From the NCBI GenBank assembly GCA_963765145.1, contig CAVXVG010000027.1:192001-256000 (forward strand): a stretch of 64,000 bases of DNA. The letters are read 5' to 3'. Below are positions 1 to 11,972 of the stretch, in pieces (the first letter of the stretch is position 1; every line of letters starts with the position of its first letter). A model generated the notes under the pieces. It searched no databases. It was not told the origin of the DNA and saw only the letters and a list, made by a program, of their open reading frames with translations. Source of the DNA: Parachlamydiales bacterium (lineage in GTDB: Bacteria > Chlamydiota > Chlamydiia > Chlamydiales > JAJFMK01). A program made the position numbers and the translations under genes.

Positions 1-1464
1 GCCCTTGGATTTTTTGTTTTATTTTCTATCCTTTTGCTGCAAGGATACCTCCCTTTAAATCCTCAAAATTTTCCAGGTTTGTCATTCGATTTGGCCTTCA
101 ATACAGCTGCAAGTTTTGTGACCAATACAAACTGGCAGGCCTATGCAGGAGAAACAACGCTCAGTTATTTTTCTCAGATGTTTGGTCTAGCCGTTCAAAA
201 TTTTTTAAGCGCAGCAACAGGATTTTGCGTTCTGTTGCCTTTGACCCGCGGCATCACAAGGAAAACTGCGCAAACGGTAGGGAACTTTTGGGCAGATCTT
301 GTCAGATCGACTCTTTATGTGCTGCTTCCGCTGTCGCTACTTTTTGCTATCTTTTTAGTCAGCCAAGGCTCTATACAAAGCTTTGGTTCTTACGCCGACA
401 TCACTACTTTAGAGGGGGCAAATCAAACCATACCTTTAGGGCCGGTTGCCTCTCAGGTCGCAATCAAACAGCTTGGGTCCAATGGAGGTGGGTTCTTTAA
501 TGCCAATAGCGCCCACCCTTTTGAAAATCCGACACCCTTGACCAATTTTTTAGAAACTTTTGCGATTTTGCTGCTGCCTGCTGCTTTGGTCTACAAGTAT
601 GGAGTCAGGTCAAAAGTTAAAAAGCATGCATGGCTTCTTTTGCTAGTCATGCTATCCATCTGGCTGTCGGGCATTTTTATCTCCAATATTGCAAGTTATA
701 TGCGCAATCCAGTCTTAGGAACCGATCTAGTGTATGAGGGGATAGAGTCTCGCTTTGGATTACACGATACGCTTCTTTGGACTGTTTCGACTACGGCCAC
801 TTCAAATGGTTCATCAAATGGTGCCATAGACAGCCTTTCGCCGCTTGCAGGCGGCGTTGCCCTCTTTAATATCATGCTGGGAGAACTTGTTTTTGGCGGG
901 ATAGGCGTGGGGCTGTGCAGCATGTTGTTATATGTGCTTTTAACGGTGTTCTTAGCGGGATTAATGGTTGGAAGAACGCCGGAGTATAGGGGGAAGAAAA
1001 TTGAAAAGCGGGAAATACAGTGGGTGATGATCGCTATACTAACACCGGCAGCCTCAATCTTATTAGGCTCTGGAATCGCCCTTTCCTTACCTCAAGCTTT
1101 ATCTAGTTTAACCAATGAGGGGCCTCATGGGCTGACAGAAATGGTATATGCTTTCACATCTGCGGCCGGAAATAATGGAAGTGCCTTTCAAGGCTTAAAC
1201 GGCAATACACTCTTTTTTAATCTTGTTCTTGGTTGCATCATGCTGCTCAACCGGATGGCCATTGTTGTGCCGAGCTTAGTGATAGCTGGTGCGCTGGTTA
1301 CAAAAAAAATATCACCAGAATCGCGAGGGACCTTTTCTACTGAATCGTTGCTGTTTGCGATTCTATTGATAGGGGTTATTTTTATCGTTGGGGCTCTGAC
1401 CTACTTCCCGGCCCTTTGTTTAGGCCCGGTTATTGAACATCTGTTGATGTTGAGAGGTGGATAA
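1..1464 (+). CDS. kdpA: K+-transporting ATPase subunit A (5'-truncated by window)
   Basis: Frame open from base 1; [29 protein letters not shown] and GRTPEY motifs; TAATG overlap with kdpB. Confidence 0.97.
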   Translation, partial: ALGFFVLFSILLLQGYLPLNPQNFPGLSFDLAFNTAASFVTNTNWQAYAGETTLSYFSQMFGLAVQNFLSAATGFCVLLPLTRGITRKTAQTVGNFWADLVRSTLYVLLPLSLLFAIFLVSQGSIQSFGSYADITTLEGANQTIPLGPVASQVAIKQLGSNGGGFFNANSAHPFENPTPLTNFLETFAILLLPAALVYKYGVRSKVKKHAWLLLLVMLSIWLSGIFISNIASYMRNPVLGTDLVYEGIESRFGLHDTLLWTVSTTATSNGSSNGAIDSLSPLAGGVALFNIMLGELVFGGIGVGLCSMLLYVLLTVFLAGLMVGRTPEYRGKKIEKREIQWVMIAILTPAASILLGSGIALSLPQALSSLTNEGPHGLTEMVYAFTSAAGNNGSAFQGLNGNTLFFNLVLGCIMLLNRMAIVVPSLVIAGALVTKKISPESRGTFSTESLLFAILLIGVIFIVGALTYFPALCLGPVIEHLLMLRGG

Positions 1465-3560
1465 TGAAGAAAAAGACCAAATTTTTATCGTCAGAATTAT
1501 TCTTGGGGTCTATTAAAGAGTCGTTTTTGATGTTGTCGCCTCGTGTGCAATTCAGAAACCCTGTGATGTTTGTAGCCTATGTGGGCGCCATTTTAACCAC
1601 GCTATATGTCATTTTTAGTTCAAGTTTAAAAGAGAATTTCTCATTTAATTTGCAAATTTCTCTTTGGTTGTGGTTTACGGTCCTTTTTGCCAATTTCGCT
1701 CAATCCATCGCTGAAAGTCGTGGCAAAGCGCAAGCTTCCTCACTAAGAAAAGCCCAAATTGATTCTTTCGTTCGATTATTTAAAAACAATCACGAGGAGA
1801 AAATACCCTCTAGTGATTTGAGAAAGGGAGATATCATCATTTGTGAAGCAGGAGATTTTATCCCTGCTGACGGCGAGGTGATCGAAGGGATTGCCCTGAT
1901 AGATGAATCTGCCATCACAGGCGAATCTGCTCCCGTCATACGGGAAAGTGGGGGTGATCGTAGCGCAGTGACTGCGGGTACAAAAATTGTCTGCGATAAG
2001 ATCAAAATATTGATTACATCAGAAAAGGGGCAAAGCTTTTTAGATCGGATGATCCATTTGATTGAAGGGGCTAAACGACAAAAAACACCTAATGAAATTG
2101 CTCTCAATATCGTCTTATTTGGACTGACTATCATTTTTATATTCACAGTGATCGCGTTGAAGTTTTATGCCGACTACAGCGGCAAAGCTGCCGACCAAGA
2201 TTTAACTTCTCTGGTGACAGTGCCTGTTCTCGTGGCTCTGTTGGTTTGTCTAATTCCAACGACTATTAGCGCCCTTTTAAGCGCTGTGGGAATCGCTGGA
2301 ATGGATCGGCTGATTCAACGAAATGTGGTGGCTAAAAGTGGCCGCTCCGTTGAGGCAGCAGGCGATATCGACCTACTCATCTTAGACAAAACAGGGACCA
2401 TTACGATCGGCAATAGAATGGCTACCGATTTTTTCCCTATAAAAGGGGTCAGCGTTGAAACTTTAGCAGAGGCAGCACAATTAGCTTCATTGTCTGACGA
2501 GACGCCTGAAGGGCGTTCTATCGTTGTTTTGGCTAAGAAGAAATTCGGTTTGAGGGCAGAGTCACTTGATGTGACCCATACTAAATTCATCCCCTTTTCG
2601 GCAAAAGCTAGGATGAGCGGTGTTGATTTCTTAGACGATAAGGGAAAAGTCGTTAGATCGATCAGAAAAGGGGCACGTGATGCTATAGAGGAATTTATCG
2701 AACAAAATAATGGAACGTTTCCTCAAGAACTTAACAAGGTGATCAACGATATTGCCAACCAAGGAAGAACCCCTTTTGTAGTATCTGATAACGAAAAAGT
2801 GCTTGGCATCGTCCAATTAAAGGATGTCGTCAAAGGGGGAATTAAAGAACGTTTTGCTCTCATGCGAAAAATGGGAATAAAAACGGTGATGATCACAGGA
2901 GATAACCCCCTAACTGCCGCAGCTATCGCAGCAGAAGCTGGCGTCGACGATTATATAGCCGAGGCAACCCCTGAAATTAAACTGGCTTTGATTCAATTAG
3001 AGCAAAAAGGGGGGCGCCTTGTCGCCATGACGGGCGATGGAACAAATGATGCTCCAGCTCTTGCGCAGTCAGATGTTGGTGTGGCAATGAATACAGGCAC
3101 TCAAGCTTCACGAGATGCTGGCAACATGGTTGACCTCGATAGCAATCCGACAAAATTGCTCGATATTGTCGAAATCGGCAAGCAACTTTTAATGACAAGA
3201 GGGGCTTTAACTACCTTTAGTATTGCCAATGATGTGGCCAAATATTTTGCAATCATTCCGGCGCTCTTTGGAGTCCTTTACGTAGGGAAAGAAGAAAGCG
3301 CAGGCCCACTCATGAAGCTCAACGTGATGGGGCTCCATTCTTCTCACAGCGCCATATTAAGCGCGGTGATTTTTAATGCGCTGATCATTGTTGCATTGAT
3401 CCCTTTGGCCTTAAAAGGCGTTGCCTATAAGGCAGAGTCTGCGCAAGACCTACTGAGAAGAAATATTCTTATTTATGGTTTAGGAGGCATTATCTGCCCC
3501 TTTATTGGAATAAAGATCATCGATCTTCTATTAGTCGTGCTCGGAGATATTACATTATGA
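1464..3560 (+). CDS. kdpB: K+-transporting P-type ATPase subunit B
   Basis: [33 protein letters not shown] motifs. Confidence 0.98.
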   Translation: MKKKTKFLSSELFLGSIKESFLMLSPRVQFRNPVMFVAYVGAILTTLYVIFSSSLKENFSFNLQISLWLWFTVLFANFAQSIAESRGKAQASSLRKAQIDSFVRLFKNNHEEKIPSSDLRKGDIIICEAGDFIPADGEVIEGIALIDESAITGESAPVIRESGGDRSAVTAGTKIVCDKIKILITSEKGQSFLDRMIHLIEGAKRQKTPNEIALNIVLFGLTIIFIFTVIALKFYADYSGKAADQDLTSLVTVPVLVALLVCLIPTTISALLSAVGIAGMDRLIQRNVVAKSGRSVEAAGDIDLLILDKTGTITIGNRMATDFFPIKGVSVETLAEAAQLASLSDETPEGRSIVVLAKKKFGLRAESLDVTHTKFIPFSAKARMSGVDFLDDKGKVVRSIRKGARDAIEEFIEQNNGTFPQELNKVINDIANQGRTPFVVSDNEKVLGIVQLKDVVKGGIKERFALMRKMGIKTVMITGDNPLTAAAIAAEAGVDDYIAEATPEIKLALIQLEQKGGRLVAMTGDGTNDAPALAQSDVGVAMNTGTQASRDAGNMVDLDSNPTKLLDIVEIGKQLLMTRGALTTFSIANDVAKYFAIIPALFGVLYVGKEESAGPLMKLNVMGLHSSHSAILSAVIFNALIIVALIPLALKGVAYKAESAQDLLRRNILIYGLGGIICPFIGIKIIDLLLVVLGDITL

Positions 3561-4090
3561 GAAAAATTATTGTTGTCTACTGCTTGCTAGTGCTATTGAC
3601 AGGTCTTTTTTATCCACTTTTAGTCACAGGACTCTCCGATTATTTCTTTGCAGAGAAAGCATCGGGTAGCTTTCTTTATAAAGACCGATGGGTTGGTTCA
3701 AAACTTATCGGACAAAAGTTTTCAAAAGAGGGTTATTTTTGGCCTCGACCCTCTGCTAGCGAGTACGACCCTTTAGCTTCCGGTGGAAGCAATCTTGGCC
3801 CGATAAGTCTAAAGTTAAAAGCTAAGGTAGAAGAAAGGAAGGCAAAATGGGGCTCAGATGCTCCTGTCGAGCTTTTATATGCGTCAGGCAGCGGTTTAGA
3901 CCCTTATATCACTGCCCCTTCTGCCTATTTTCAGGCTGAAAGGGTGGCAAAAGCACGTAATGTGGATAAAGAAATAGTTGAGGCATTGATAAAACAAAGC
4001 ACTATATTGCCCCGCTTTGGCTTTATAGGAAGGCCCATTGTGAATGTTTTGGAGCTGAATCTTTTGTTAGATGAGCATTCAAATGAGTGA
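3557..4090 (+). CDS. kdpC: K+-transporting ATPase subunit C
   Basis: [39 protein letters not shown] motifs; ATGA overlap. Confidence 0.96.
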   Translation: MRKIIVVYCLLVLLTGLFYPLLVTGLSDYFFAEKASGSFLYKDRWVGSKLIGQKFSKEGYFWPRPSASEYDPLASGGSNLGPISLKLKAKVEERKAKWGSDAPVELLYASGSGLDPYITAPSAYFQAERVAKARNVDKEIVEALIKQSTILPRFGFIGRPIVNVLELNLLLDEHSNE

Positions 4091-6704
4091 AGATAGCGAC
4101 AGACCTAACCCTGAAGATCTCTTAAGGGCTGTTCAGCGTAGCGAGGTGAAGGGCGCACGCGGTAGGTTGAAAATCTTTTTGGGGATGGCTGCAGGCGTTG
4201 GTAAAACCTATACCATGTTGGAAGAGGCGCAAAAGTTGTCCAACTTAGGCACTCAGGTTGTTGTCGGAAGTGTAGAAACCCATGGAAGAAAGGAAACTGC
4301 CAAGTTACTTGAAGGTCTAAAAATAGTTCCTGAACGGTGGATGGAGTACCGAGGTACCCTTTTTAAAGAACTCGACATCGACGAAATTTTGAAGCAAAGG
4401 CCGGAGCTTGTCATTGTCGATGAATTGGCTCACAGCAACGTCCCAGGTTCGCGCCACCCCAAACGGTGGCAAGATGTTGAAGAAATATTAGATCGAGGGA
4501 TTAACGTTTTTACAACACTCAATGTTCAACACATTGAAAGCTTAAAAGATGTTGTAGAGCAAATTACCGATATACCAGTGACTGAATCGGTGCCAGACTC
4601 GATCATTGAGCAGGCAACACAGATTGAATTGATAGATTTAACCCCTCTGGAGCTTTTAGAGCGCCTTAAAGAGGGTAAAGTCTACTTAGGAGATCAAGCG
4701 CAAATAGCCATCCACCATTTTTTTCAAGAAGATCGATTAACTGCTTTGCGAGAGATGGCGCTCCGTTTTGCAGCAGAAAAAGTCGACCATGATTTACGTA
4801 GGATGGTGTCATCTGTCGAAAGGGAGGAGGCCTGGAAGCCGAGGGAAAGGTTACTTGCTTTGGTAACGCAAAACCCCAGAAACCAAAAAACGATCAGAAC
4901 AACAAGACGGTTGGCATTTGTTCTTAACGCTCCATGGATTGCGTTGCATGTTGACGATGGAAGTGAAATGTCCGATGAAGAAAAAGCCATTTTAACAAAG
5001 AATATGGACCTTGCACGTGATCTAGGGGCCGAAGTTATTTTGACTCATGATCCCTATGTGGAAGAAGCGATAAAAAGAATCGCTAAACAGTGGGGGGTGA
5101 CACAAATCATCATGAGTCGAAGGCCAGAAAGAGTGTTATTTGGTCTTTTTCCTCAAAGTAACCTGGTAGAAAGTGTGATTAAAAATTGCACAAACCTGGA
5201 TGTGCATGTCATCAGGTATACTGGGACAAGTTCGCGGTTTAAGAAATCTCGCCGTTACTTTCCAGAAAACTGGTCTCCCTATCTTGTTGTCACGATTTTG
5301 ATTGGGCTGCTTACAGCGTTTAATCTTTTCATTCATATATGGCTTGGCTACAGAGAGATTGGCTTTAATTACATGGTGGGCATCCTTCTGTTAAGTCTCT
5401 TTTTTAGACGGGGGCCTATTTTATGGGGTTCAATACTGGCTGCGTTGAGTTGGTTCTGTTTTTTTATCTACCCAATTAATAACGAAAGACCTGAACTTAG
5501 CGAAGATTGGCCGTTGCTGATTCTTTTTTTGCTTACTGCTTTTTTTATTGGCCTGTTGACCGAAAGAGCTAGAAAGAGCAAAGAAATGCTTGTTAAAAGG
5601 GAAGAGACCGCAGAGGCCCTTTATAAAACCGCTCGGGACATAGCTACCTCTACCAACCAAAAACAGCTTCTAGAAACTATTTGCAAAAGATCAGAAAGGT
5701 TGCTGGGTGGTGAATGCAAAATTTTCTTAAAAGGAGTAGAGAGCGATCAATTAGATTTAGAAAAAGAAGAGCAAGATCCTAAAGAGAAGGCTGCGATTGA
5801 ATGGGTGTTTGAGAATGGAAAAGAGGCCGGTTGGTCTACGAATACCCTGCCTCTAGGCAAAACGCTTTATCTGCCATTGAAGACGTCTACAGATTCTTAC
5901 GGCGTTTTTGGGCTCACGCCAACAAAAACAACCGAGCTTACCGTCGCTGATAAAAACTTTTTGTTAACAGTCTGTCAGCTGCTTTCAAGTGCTGTCGAAA
6001 AAGAATTCAAGGAAGCACACGAGAGAAAAGAAGAGTCGATCCGGCAAACAGAAAAAGTCTACCAGACAGTCTTGGATCTTTTGTCAGAGAAATTTGTCGA
6101 TCCATTTCATGCGTTAAGAGCATCTGTTGGGGAGTTGAAAGCCGATATCCCATTGGGCGAAAGGCTGATTTACCGGATAGATGATACATCTGAAAAGCTC
6201 TATCGGGATATCGAAAATATTTCTGCAATGGCCAAGTTAAATGCGGGCGAATTAGTGCCTGTTAAAGTCCCGAATGATGTTCGTAAGCTCTTTGACGCCT
6301 GTTTCAATAAGATTAAAAAACTGGTTGTGAAGCATCGAATAAAAATTGATGTCCCTCCAAATATTCCGCTCATCCTGTTTGACTTCAATTTAATACAAAT
6401 TTGCATCACGAATTTAATAGTGAATGCCATCCAAAACTCTCCGGAAGGTTCATGCGTGGAAATTCGAGTACAGATATCAAAGGATCAAGTGTTCTTATCC
6501 GTTTTGGATGAAGGAGAAGGGATACCTGAGGATATGTTAGAGACTGTTTTTGAAAAGTTTACCCGTCTTCCAGATGCTAAAAAGGCGGGCCTTGGTCTTG
6601 GCCTTTCAATTGCAAAAGAGATCGCCGCCCTCCATTCGGGAGACATTCGTGCATCGAACCGTGCAACCGGCGGCTCCGACTTCACCCTCTCTCTTCCCCT
6701 CTAA
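4071..6704 (+). CDS. kdpD: KdpD-type sensor kinase with degenerate H-box
   Basis: GRLKIFLGMAAGVGKTYTML, VDELAH, Usp-like region, 4 TM, GAF-like region, HATPase N/G1/F/G2 boxes; start may be 4083. Confidence 0.93.
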   Translation: MSIQMSEDSDRPNPEDLLRAVQRSEVKGARGRLKIFLGMAAGVGKTYTMLEEAQKLSNLGTQVVVGSVETHGRKETAKLLEGLKIVPERWMEYRGTLFKELDIDEILKQRPELVIVDELAHSNVPGSRHPKRWQDVEEILDRGINVFTTLNVQHIESLKDVVEQITDIPVTESVPDSIIEQATQIELIDLTPLELLERLKEGKVYLGDQAQIAIHHFFQEDRLTALREMALRFAAEKVDHDLRRMVSSVEREEAWKPRERLLALVTQNPRNQKTIRTTRRLAFVLNAPWIALHVDDGSEMSDEEKAILTKNMDLARDLGAEVILTHDPYVEEAIKRIAKQWGVTQIIMSRRPERVLFGLFPQSNLVESVIKNCTNLDVHVIRYTGTSSRFKKSRRYFPENWSPYLVVTILIGLLTAFNLFIHIWLGYREIGFNYMVGILLLSLFFRRGPILWGSILAALSWFCFFIYPINNERPELSEDWPLLILFLLTAFFIGLLTERARKSKEMLVKREETAEALYKTARDIATSTNQKQLLETICKRSERLLGGECKIFLKGVESDQLDLEKEEQDPKEKAAIEWVFENGKEAGWSTNTLPLGKTLYLPLKTSTDSYGVFGLTPTKTTELTVADKNFLLTVCQLLSSAVEKEFKEAHERKEESIRQTEKVYQTVLDLLSEKFVDPFHALRASVGELKADIPLGERLIYRIDDTSEKLYRDIENISAMAKLNAGELVPVKVPNDVRKLFDACFNKIKKLVVKHRIKIDVPPNIPLILFDFNLIQICITNLIVNAIQNSPEGSCVEIRVQISKDQVFLSVLDEGEGIPEDMLETVFEKFTRLPDAKKAGLGLGLSIAKEIAALHSGDIRASNRATGGSDFTLSLPL

Positions 6705-6711
6705 CCCCGTT

Positions 6712-6928
6712 CGAAAAAACCACAGAGGCAGTGAGATCTCGAGAGGAAATTTGAGAGCAGTGAGAGCCTTCTTTGTGTCTTCGTGTCTTTGTGTTTCAAT
6801 TTTCTTTAAAGCGATTGAAACACAAAGACACGAAGACACAAAGAAAACGCTTTCTTTTTTTTCTCAAAAAACAGCTCTCACTGCTCTCAAATTTCCTCTC
6901 GAGATCTCACTGCCTCTGTGGTTTTTCG
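6712..6928. repeat. Palindromic element family A (CCACAGAGGCAGTGAGATC arms) with inner CACAAAGA hairpin
   Basis: 53-bp perfect outer inverted repeat 6715-6767/6874-6926; 32-bp inner inverted repeat 6769-6800/6814-6845. Confidence 0.95.
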
Positions 6929-7001
6929 GTTGTGCAGCAGCAGGTTTACTTCTTTTGAAAAAACGGATATAGATTAACGTCGATATTTGTAGGTTGTCCA
7001 C

Positions 7002-10000
7002 GTGCATTCATATTTCAAAAAAATAACGCTCTTTGTGCTATCCCTCTTAACACCCACCATGAAGGTGACAGGTGTTAGCGAGGTTGGATATACCTATCTG
7101 TACGATGGGACCCTTTCAATTACAGATCCCAATACTTTACCGAATGCGGTCTACCCCGTTATTTTCACTAACAAAGACTCAAGGGGTGCCACCCTTCAGT
7201 TTTCTGCCCCTCTAACTTTCCAAAATCCGATCTTAATCGGAAAAGATTTTGAGGCTGTCATAGATGTCGATACAAATCCGATCAATTTATACAGCAAAAT
7301 TTCCGATTTAACGTCAGGGGGCAACTTGTCATTTATTGGCGGTAATACAGTGACGTCGTTTGGTGTGGCCTCCAATAGCGGCATCACTTCGATCGATGCT
7401 GGTACTGCCCTTAAAGCAGGTTCCAATGCTTTGCTTTCAAATAGATCGCTCTACGCAGTGTCTGGCGTCCTTGATTTGAACAATTACAACCAGACGATAA
7501 AGGCCCTTTCTGGAGGAGGCGAAGTGGCATTAGGAACTGCTACACTGACAGTGGATGGGTCAACAGAAGAGACTCTTTTTTCAGGGACAATCTCTGGAAA
7601 AGGAAGCGTTGTTTTAAAGGCGGGAGAATTAACCCTTGCAAACAACAACAGCTACACAGGCAAAACGACAGTTGAAGTTGCAGGCACTTTAATGGCAGCA
7701 GCTAACCATCCGATATCTTCTTCAGAGGGATTACGGCTAGACGGCACGCTACTAGCTAACGACTTTCAAGTCGCACTGAATGGGCTATCTGGAAAAGGCA
7801 ACCTAAATCTGGGGACAAAAGGAACAGGCATAGTAGCTCTTTTAGGCTCCGAAACCCATTCTTTTGATGGAAATATCGTCGGGGATGGCCACCTAACCGT
7901 GGGGTCCAAAAACTCTAAGCCGACCCTTCTTTTGTCGGGTAGCAATACCCATTCTGGTTCCACCACCATTTTAGGAACGGTTCAAGCAAAATCCGAAACT
8001 GCCCTTTCAAATAACTCAACCATCACGGTAGAACCCTCAGGATCGCTTGATATAAACGGTTTTTCAACTACTCTTGCAGGTTTAAGTGGAGCAGGCAAAG
8101 TTAAAACACAAGGTGCCTCTTTAACAGTTGGAAGCGGTAATTTTAGCGGGGAGATTCAGGACAATGCACCGCTTATTAAAAGTACAGCTCACACGTTAAC
8201 GTTAAGCGGTTCAAACGCTGTATCAAGCATCAGGATCGAAGAGGGAAATTTAGCCGTTCACCAACAAAACAATATAGGGACAGAAGCCATCACCTTTGAA
8301 GGTGCTGACGCAACTTCTGCGAAACTCACTTTCTTACAACCCAATCAAACTTTTACCAATCCCATACTTGTTGCAGACGAGTTTGAAGCCCATATTTCAG
8401 GCAATCAAACCACTTTGAAGGGCAATATTACCGACCTAACAAGAAACGGAAATGTACAATTTGATGGCCAAGTGATTTTAACGGGAGACAATTCCTATTC
8501 CGGAAACACACACATCGCCCCTGACAGCACACTCTACGCAGCAAGTGCAACAGCGTTATCGCCCATCTCCACCTTTGTTGTAGAGGGCAATTTAGAGTTA
8601 AGTGCTGATAACACGCTCAATGCTTTAGAGGGGAATGGCAATATTGTTCTCGGAAGAGAGGGCAGCCCAACCCTCTCCATTACCCATGGAAACGATTTAA
8701 CATTTAGTGGCTCAATAGCCGGGCCTGGATCGTTAACGCTGCAGAGAGGGGATCTCGTATTAACCGGAAAGGAAAATACTCTAGCCGGAACAACCACCAT
8801 TGCACCCACTGCTACTTTAGTAGCTGCCGCTTCAGGTAGCCTTTCTCCTCTTTCACAAGTGGTAGTGGATGGAACCTTGAAGACAGAAAGGATGTCGATC
8901 CATTCAATCCCCTCTCTTTCTGGAACGGGTGAGGTAGTAGTAGGGACAGTCTTAATTCTGACAGACTCTACCAACTTTGCAGGAAATATTTCTGGAACCG
9001 GCGGAGTTAGCTTTCTTGCAAATGGGCCTTCATGCTTGAGCGGCAACAACAGTTATTCTGGACCTACCACCCTTTCAAACGGTTCTTTAACGGCACTTTC
9101 AACAACTGCGCTTTCTCCTTCCTCCGATTTTGCGGTTGATGGAAGTCTTGTTTTAACCGACTGCAGCAATACAGTAGGCACCTTGACCGGGTTTGGCTCT
9201 GTTGATGTGGGGCAGGAAGGGACCCTTTTAACCATTGCCGATGGAAATGAACGTCGTTTCTGCGGAGATATAACAGGAAATGGCGGTGTTGTATTACAAA
9301 ATGGAAAATGGGAAATGTGTCCGACGACTTCCAATCGTTATACCGGGCCTACCACAATAGAATCTGGGGCTACTTTAATTGTAGGCGCCACGAATGCGTT
9401 ACCTCAACAATCTGACTTCCATATCGAGGGCACTTTGTCGCTAAGCAGCGGACATGTTGATTTTGATGCAACTTTGCAAACGCTAGCTGGAGCAAATCCA
9501 AAAGCCAGCATTGATTTAGGATCGAATAAGGGTGGGATATTAACGATCAACGGCTCTTCTTCAACTGCTTATGCGGGCACGATGACAGGTTGCGGCGGAT
9601 TGACCATTCAAGAGGATGCTTCTTTAATTTTAAATGGAGCCACCAGCTATTCAGGCGTGACAACAGTGAAGGGAGACTTGATAGCAGGGGCCGATAGAGT
9701 ATTTTCTGCCTATTCAACCTACGCTGTCGATGGCACCCTTTCAGCCAACGATAAGACCCATACGATTGGCGCTCTCACTGGCTCTGGAATCGTCGATTTA
9801 GGCTATGCGTCCAATACTGTTTTTACTGTTTGCGGGGGAGATTTTGAAGGCCATATCATTGGCTTAGGTCAGTTATTGGTCAACGGAAGAGACAAGTTAA
9901 CGTTGCAGGCCGATCAAAGCTATTCTGGCGGAACAAAAATTGTCGCAGGATCTCTTGTCTTAAAAGGGGCTGGGGCCTTGCTTTCATCTGGAAATGTGGA

Positions 10001-11972
10001 TGTCCAATCGGGTGGAATTTTTGACATCAGCCAGATGACAGCAAGCTCACAAACCGTTGCCAATTTAAACGGCAGTAAGGGCGCCATTCTTAACCTAGGA
10101 GATAAACAACTGGTAGTCGATGCTAAGAGCAATAGCAGCTACAATGGCCTAATAACGGGAACTGACGGAAGCCTTCGTAAGCAAGGGAAAGCGACGTTGA
10201 CGCTCGATGGGATTTCGAATTTTACAGGGGGAATAGAAGTTGCAGACGGCACTTTAGTCGGCACTGTAAAAAGCCTCAATGGAAACATTCAGGTCGATGT
10301 AGACACCCATCTTATTTTTAACCAAAAAGAGAACGGAACCTTTTTAGGCCATTTAAGTGGAGAAGGGAAGTTTTGTAAATTCGGCTCTGGCAAATTAAAT
10401 CTGATCTCAGGAGTTTCCTCTTTTAATGGGATGACAATGGTCAAGGAAGGCAATCTTGCCTTGAATACGGACCTTGGGGGAAATGTGACGGTTCAAGCCG
10501 GAGGGATGTTGTCCGGCAATGGATCTCTTTCTGGTAATCTCTTGATCAACAAAGGTGGGATCATTTCTCCGAGCAATAGCACTGAAATGATCACTGTTCA
10601 TAAAGACTATGTTCAGCGCGATGGTTCCACTTTTGTGGCCCAGATAGATGGCCAAGGAGAAAGCTCTTTAATAGATGTAGGCGGGGCAGCGGCCTTAGGT
10701 GGACATATTCTGGCGACGACAATTGATGGAAAAATTAAATTGAACCACCATTACCATCTCCTCCACGCCGAAGAAGGGGTGACCGGCTCTTTTTCTAATC
10801 TTTCCATCAAGAACAATCCCCCCCTTTATGCTTCAAGGCTCATTTACGGCCAAAATGATCTATTTTTGAAATTAATTAGCACGTTTGTTAATGGTGCTCA
10901 AAATAACAACCAAGCCAATGTTGCTCTTCAATTAGATGGGATTACCAAATCAGATCCTCTTCTCAATGGTCTATTTAGCCAGATGGCGATTCTTCCAATT
11001 GAAGACGTGTCTTTCATTTTGCAGCAATTATCAGGCCAACAGCAAACTGCAGATCTATTTGCGGTAGGTGTCATCAATCGACAGTTTTTAAGACGGCTCT
11101 ACGACCCGTTAAGGCCGATTGTGACAACGTTGCCTGGTTGCTACACTTCTTCAAGCTGCGGTTGGACGGTTTGGGTAGAGGGAGGGCAGGGTCAAACATT
11201 TGTAGACAACTCTGATGAAGCCTCTGGATTTAAACTGTGCGGAGGGCACATCACTTCAGGCATTCAAAAAACATTTTCAGAGTTAACGTTAGGCTTTGCC
11301 GGCTCCTACGATTACGAGAAACTATCCTTTAAACAGAGTGGAACCGGTCGGCTTAATAGCACCTTCGCTGGTCTTTATGCCTTATACCGGCCAGACTGTT
11401 TCTACCTCCTTGCAGATATGGCTTATGGCTATTCTCACGATAGACTTTCTCGCCAAGTGTTCCTTCCTGGAGTTGCTCTTGATATCAGCAGTTCGGCCGA
11501 TATTAACCAATACACCCTCTACGCAGAAGGGGGCATTGACCTGCTGTGCGGTCATCTTTTAATCCAACCCTTTGCGGCGATAGAAGGTGGAGGGGCATGG
11601 AAAAGTAATGTGCACGAACGGGGTGGTGCAGATCTTGGGTTAGATGTGGAATCAAGAGAAGAGGGGACATGTTTTAGCCGTCTTGGATTGCATGCTACAA
11701 CAACCAATTGGCCAGGTGTTGTTTTAAGTTTAGATGCAGCATGGCGGTACCGTTTCACCAAAAACTCCAATTGTGTGTGGCAACAATTTGCAACGTTTGG
11801 CTCACCCTTTGTTGTCGAAGGTGTTCACATCGATCGGAACTGCTTTGAAGGGGCTGCTACATTGACTTGTCCCTGTAGCGATTCAGCTTCCCTCTACATT
11901 GAAGGAGAAGGAGAAATATGGAGCAAGGCTTCAACCTATTCCGTTATCTTAGGGTTTACAGCCTCCTGGTAA
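7002..11972 (+). CDS. Autotransporter (type Va) with repetitive beta-helical passenger
   Basis: Repeated L.LSG.NSYSG.T.I..G.L passenger repeats; C-terminal beta-barrel ending in W. Confidence 0.9.
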   Translation: MHSYFKKITLFVLSLLTPTMKVTGVSEVGYTYLYDGTLSITDPNTLPNAVYPVIFTNKDSRGATLQFSAPLTFQNPILIGKDFEAVIDVDTNPINLYSKISDLTSGGNLSFIGGNTVTSFGVASNSGITSIDAGTALKAGSNALLSNRSLYAVSGVLDLNNYNQTIKALSGGGEVALGTATLTVDGSTEETLFSGTISGKGSVVLKAGELTLANNNSYTGKTTVEVAGTLMAAANHPISSSEGLRLDGTLLANDFQVALNGLSGKGNLNLGTKGTGIVALLGSETHSFDGNIVGDGHLTVGSKNSKPTLLLSGSNTHSGSTTILGTVQAKSETALSNNSTITVEPSGSLDINGFSTTLAGLSGAGKVKTQGASLTVGSGNFSGEIQDNAPLIKSTAHTLTLSGSNAVSSIRIEEGNLAVHQQNNIGTEAITFEGADATSAKLTFLQPNQTFTNPILVADEFEAHISGNQTTLKGNITDLTRNGNVQFDGQVILTGDNSYSGNTHIAPDSTLYAASATALSPISTFVVEGNLELSADNTLNALEGNGNIVLGREGSPTLSITHGNDLTFSGSIAGPGSLTLQRGDLVLTGKENTLAGTTTIAPTATLVAAASGSLSPLSQVVVDGTLKTERMSIHSIPSLSGTGEVVVGTVLILTDSTNFAGNISGTGGVSFLANGPSCLSGNNSYSGPTTLSNGSLTALSTTALSPSSDFAVDGSLVLTDCSNTVGTLTGFGSVDVGQEGTLLTIADGNERRFCGDITGNGGVVLQNGKWEMCPTTSNRYTGPTTIESGATLIVGATNALPQQSDFHIEGTLSLSSGHVDFDATLQTLAGANPKASIDLGSNKGGILTINGSSSTAYAGTMTGCGGLTIQEDASLILNGATSYSGVTTVKGDLIAGADRVFSAYSTYAVDGTLSANDKTHTIGALTGSGIVDLGYASNTVFTVCGGDFEGHIIGLGQLLVNGRDKLTLQADQSYSGGTKIVAGSLVLKGAGALLSSGNVDVQSGGIFDISQMTASSQTVANLNGSKGAILNLGDKQLVVDAKSNSSYNGLITGTDGSLRKQGKATLTLDGISNFTGGIEVADGTLVGTVKSLNGNIQVDVDTHLIFNQKENGTFLGHLSGEGKFCKFGSGKLNLISGVSSFNGMTMVKEGNLALNTDLGGNVTVQAGGMLSGNGSLSGNLLINKGGIISPSNSTEMITVHKDYVQRDGSTFVAQIDGQGESSLIDVGGAAALGGHILATTIDGKIKLNHHYHLLHAEEGVTGSFSNLSIKNNPPLYASRLIYGQNDLFLKLISTFVNGAQNNNQANVALQLDGITKSDPLLNGLFSQMAILPIEDVSFILQQLSGQQQTADLFAVGVINRQFLRRLYDPLRPIVTTLPGCYTSSSCGWTVWVEGGQGQTFVDNSDEASGFKLCGGHITSGIQKTFSELTLGFAGSYDYEKLSFKQSGTGRLNSTFAGLYALYRPDCFYLLADMAYGYSHDRLSRQVFLPGVALDISSSADINQYTLYAEGGIDLLCGHLLIQPFAAIEGGGAWKSNVHERGGADLGLDVESREEGTCFSRLGLHATTTNWPGVVLSLDAAWRYRFTKNSNCVWQQFATFGSPFVVEGVHIDRNCFEGAATLTCPCSDSASLYIEGEGEIWSKASTYSVILGFTASW

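Noticed and set aside
6550..6972. ORFs 6550-6972, 6606-6839 and 6773-6958
   Set aside because: They run through palindrome A and give mirrored peptide text on both strands, so they are repeat artefacts
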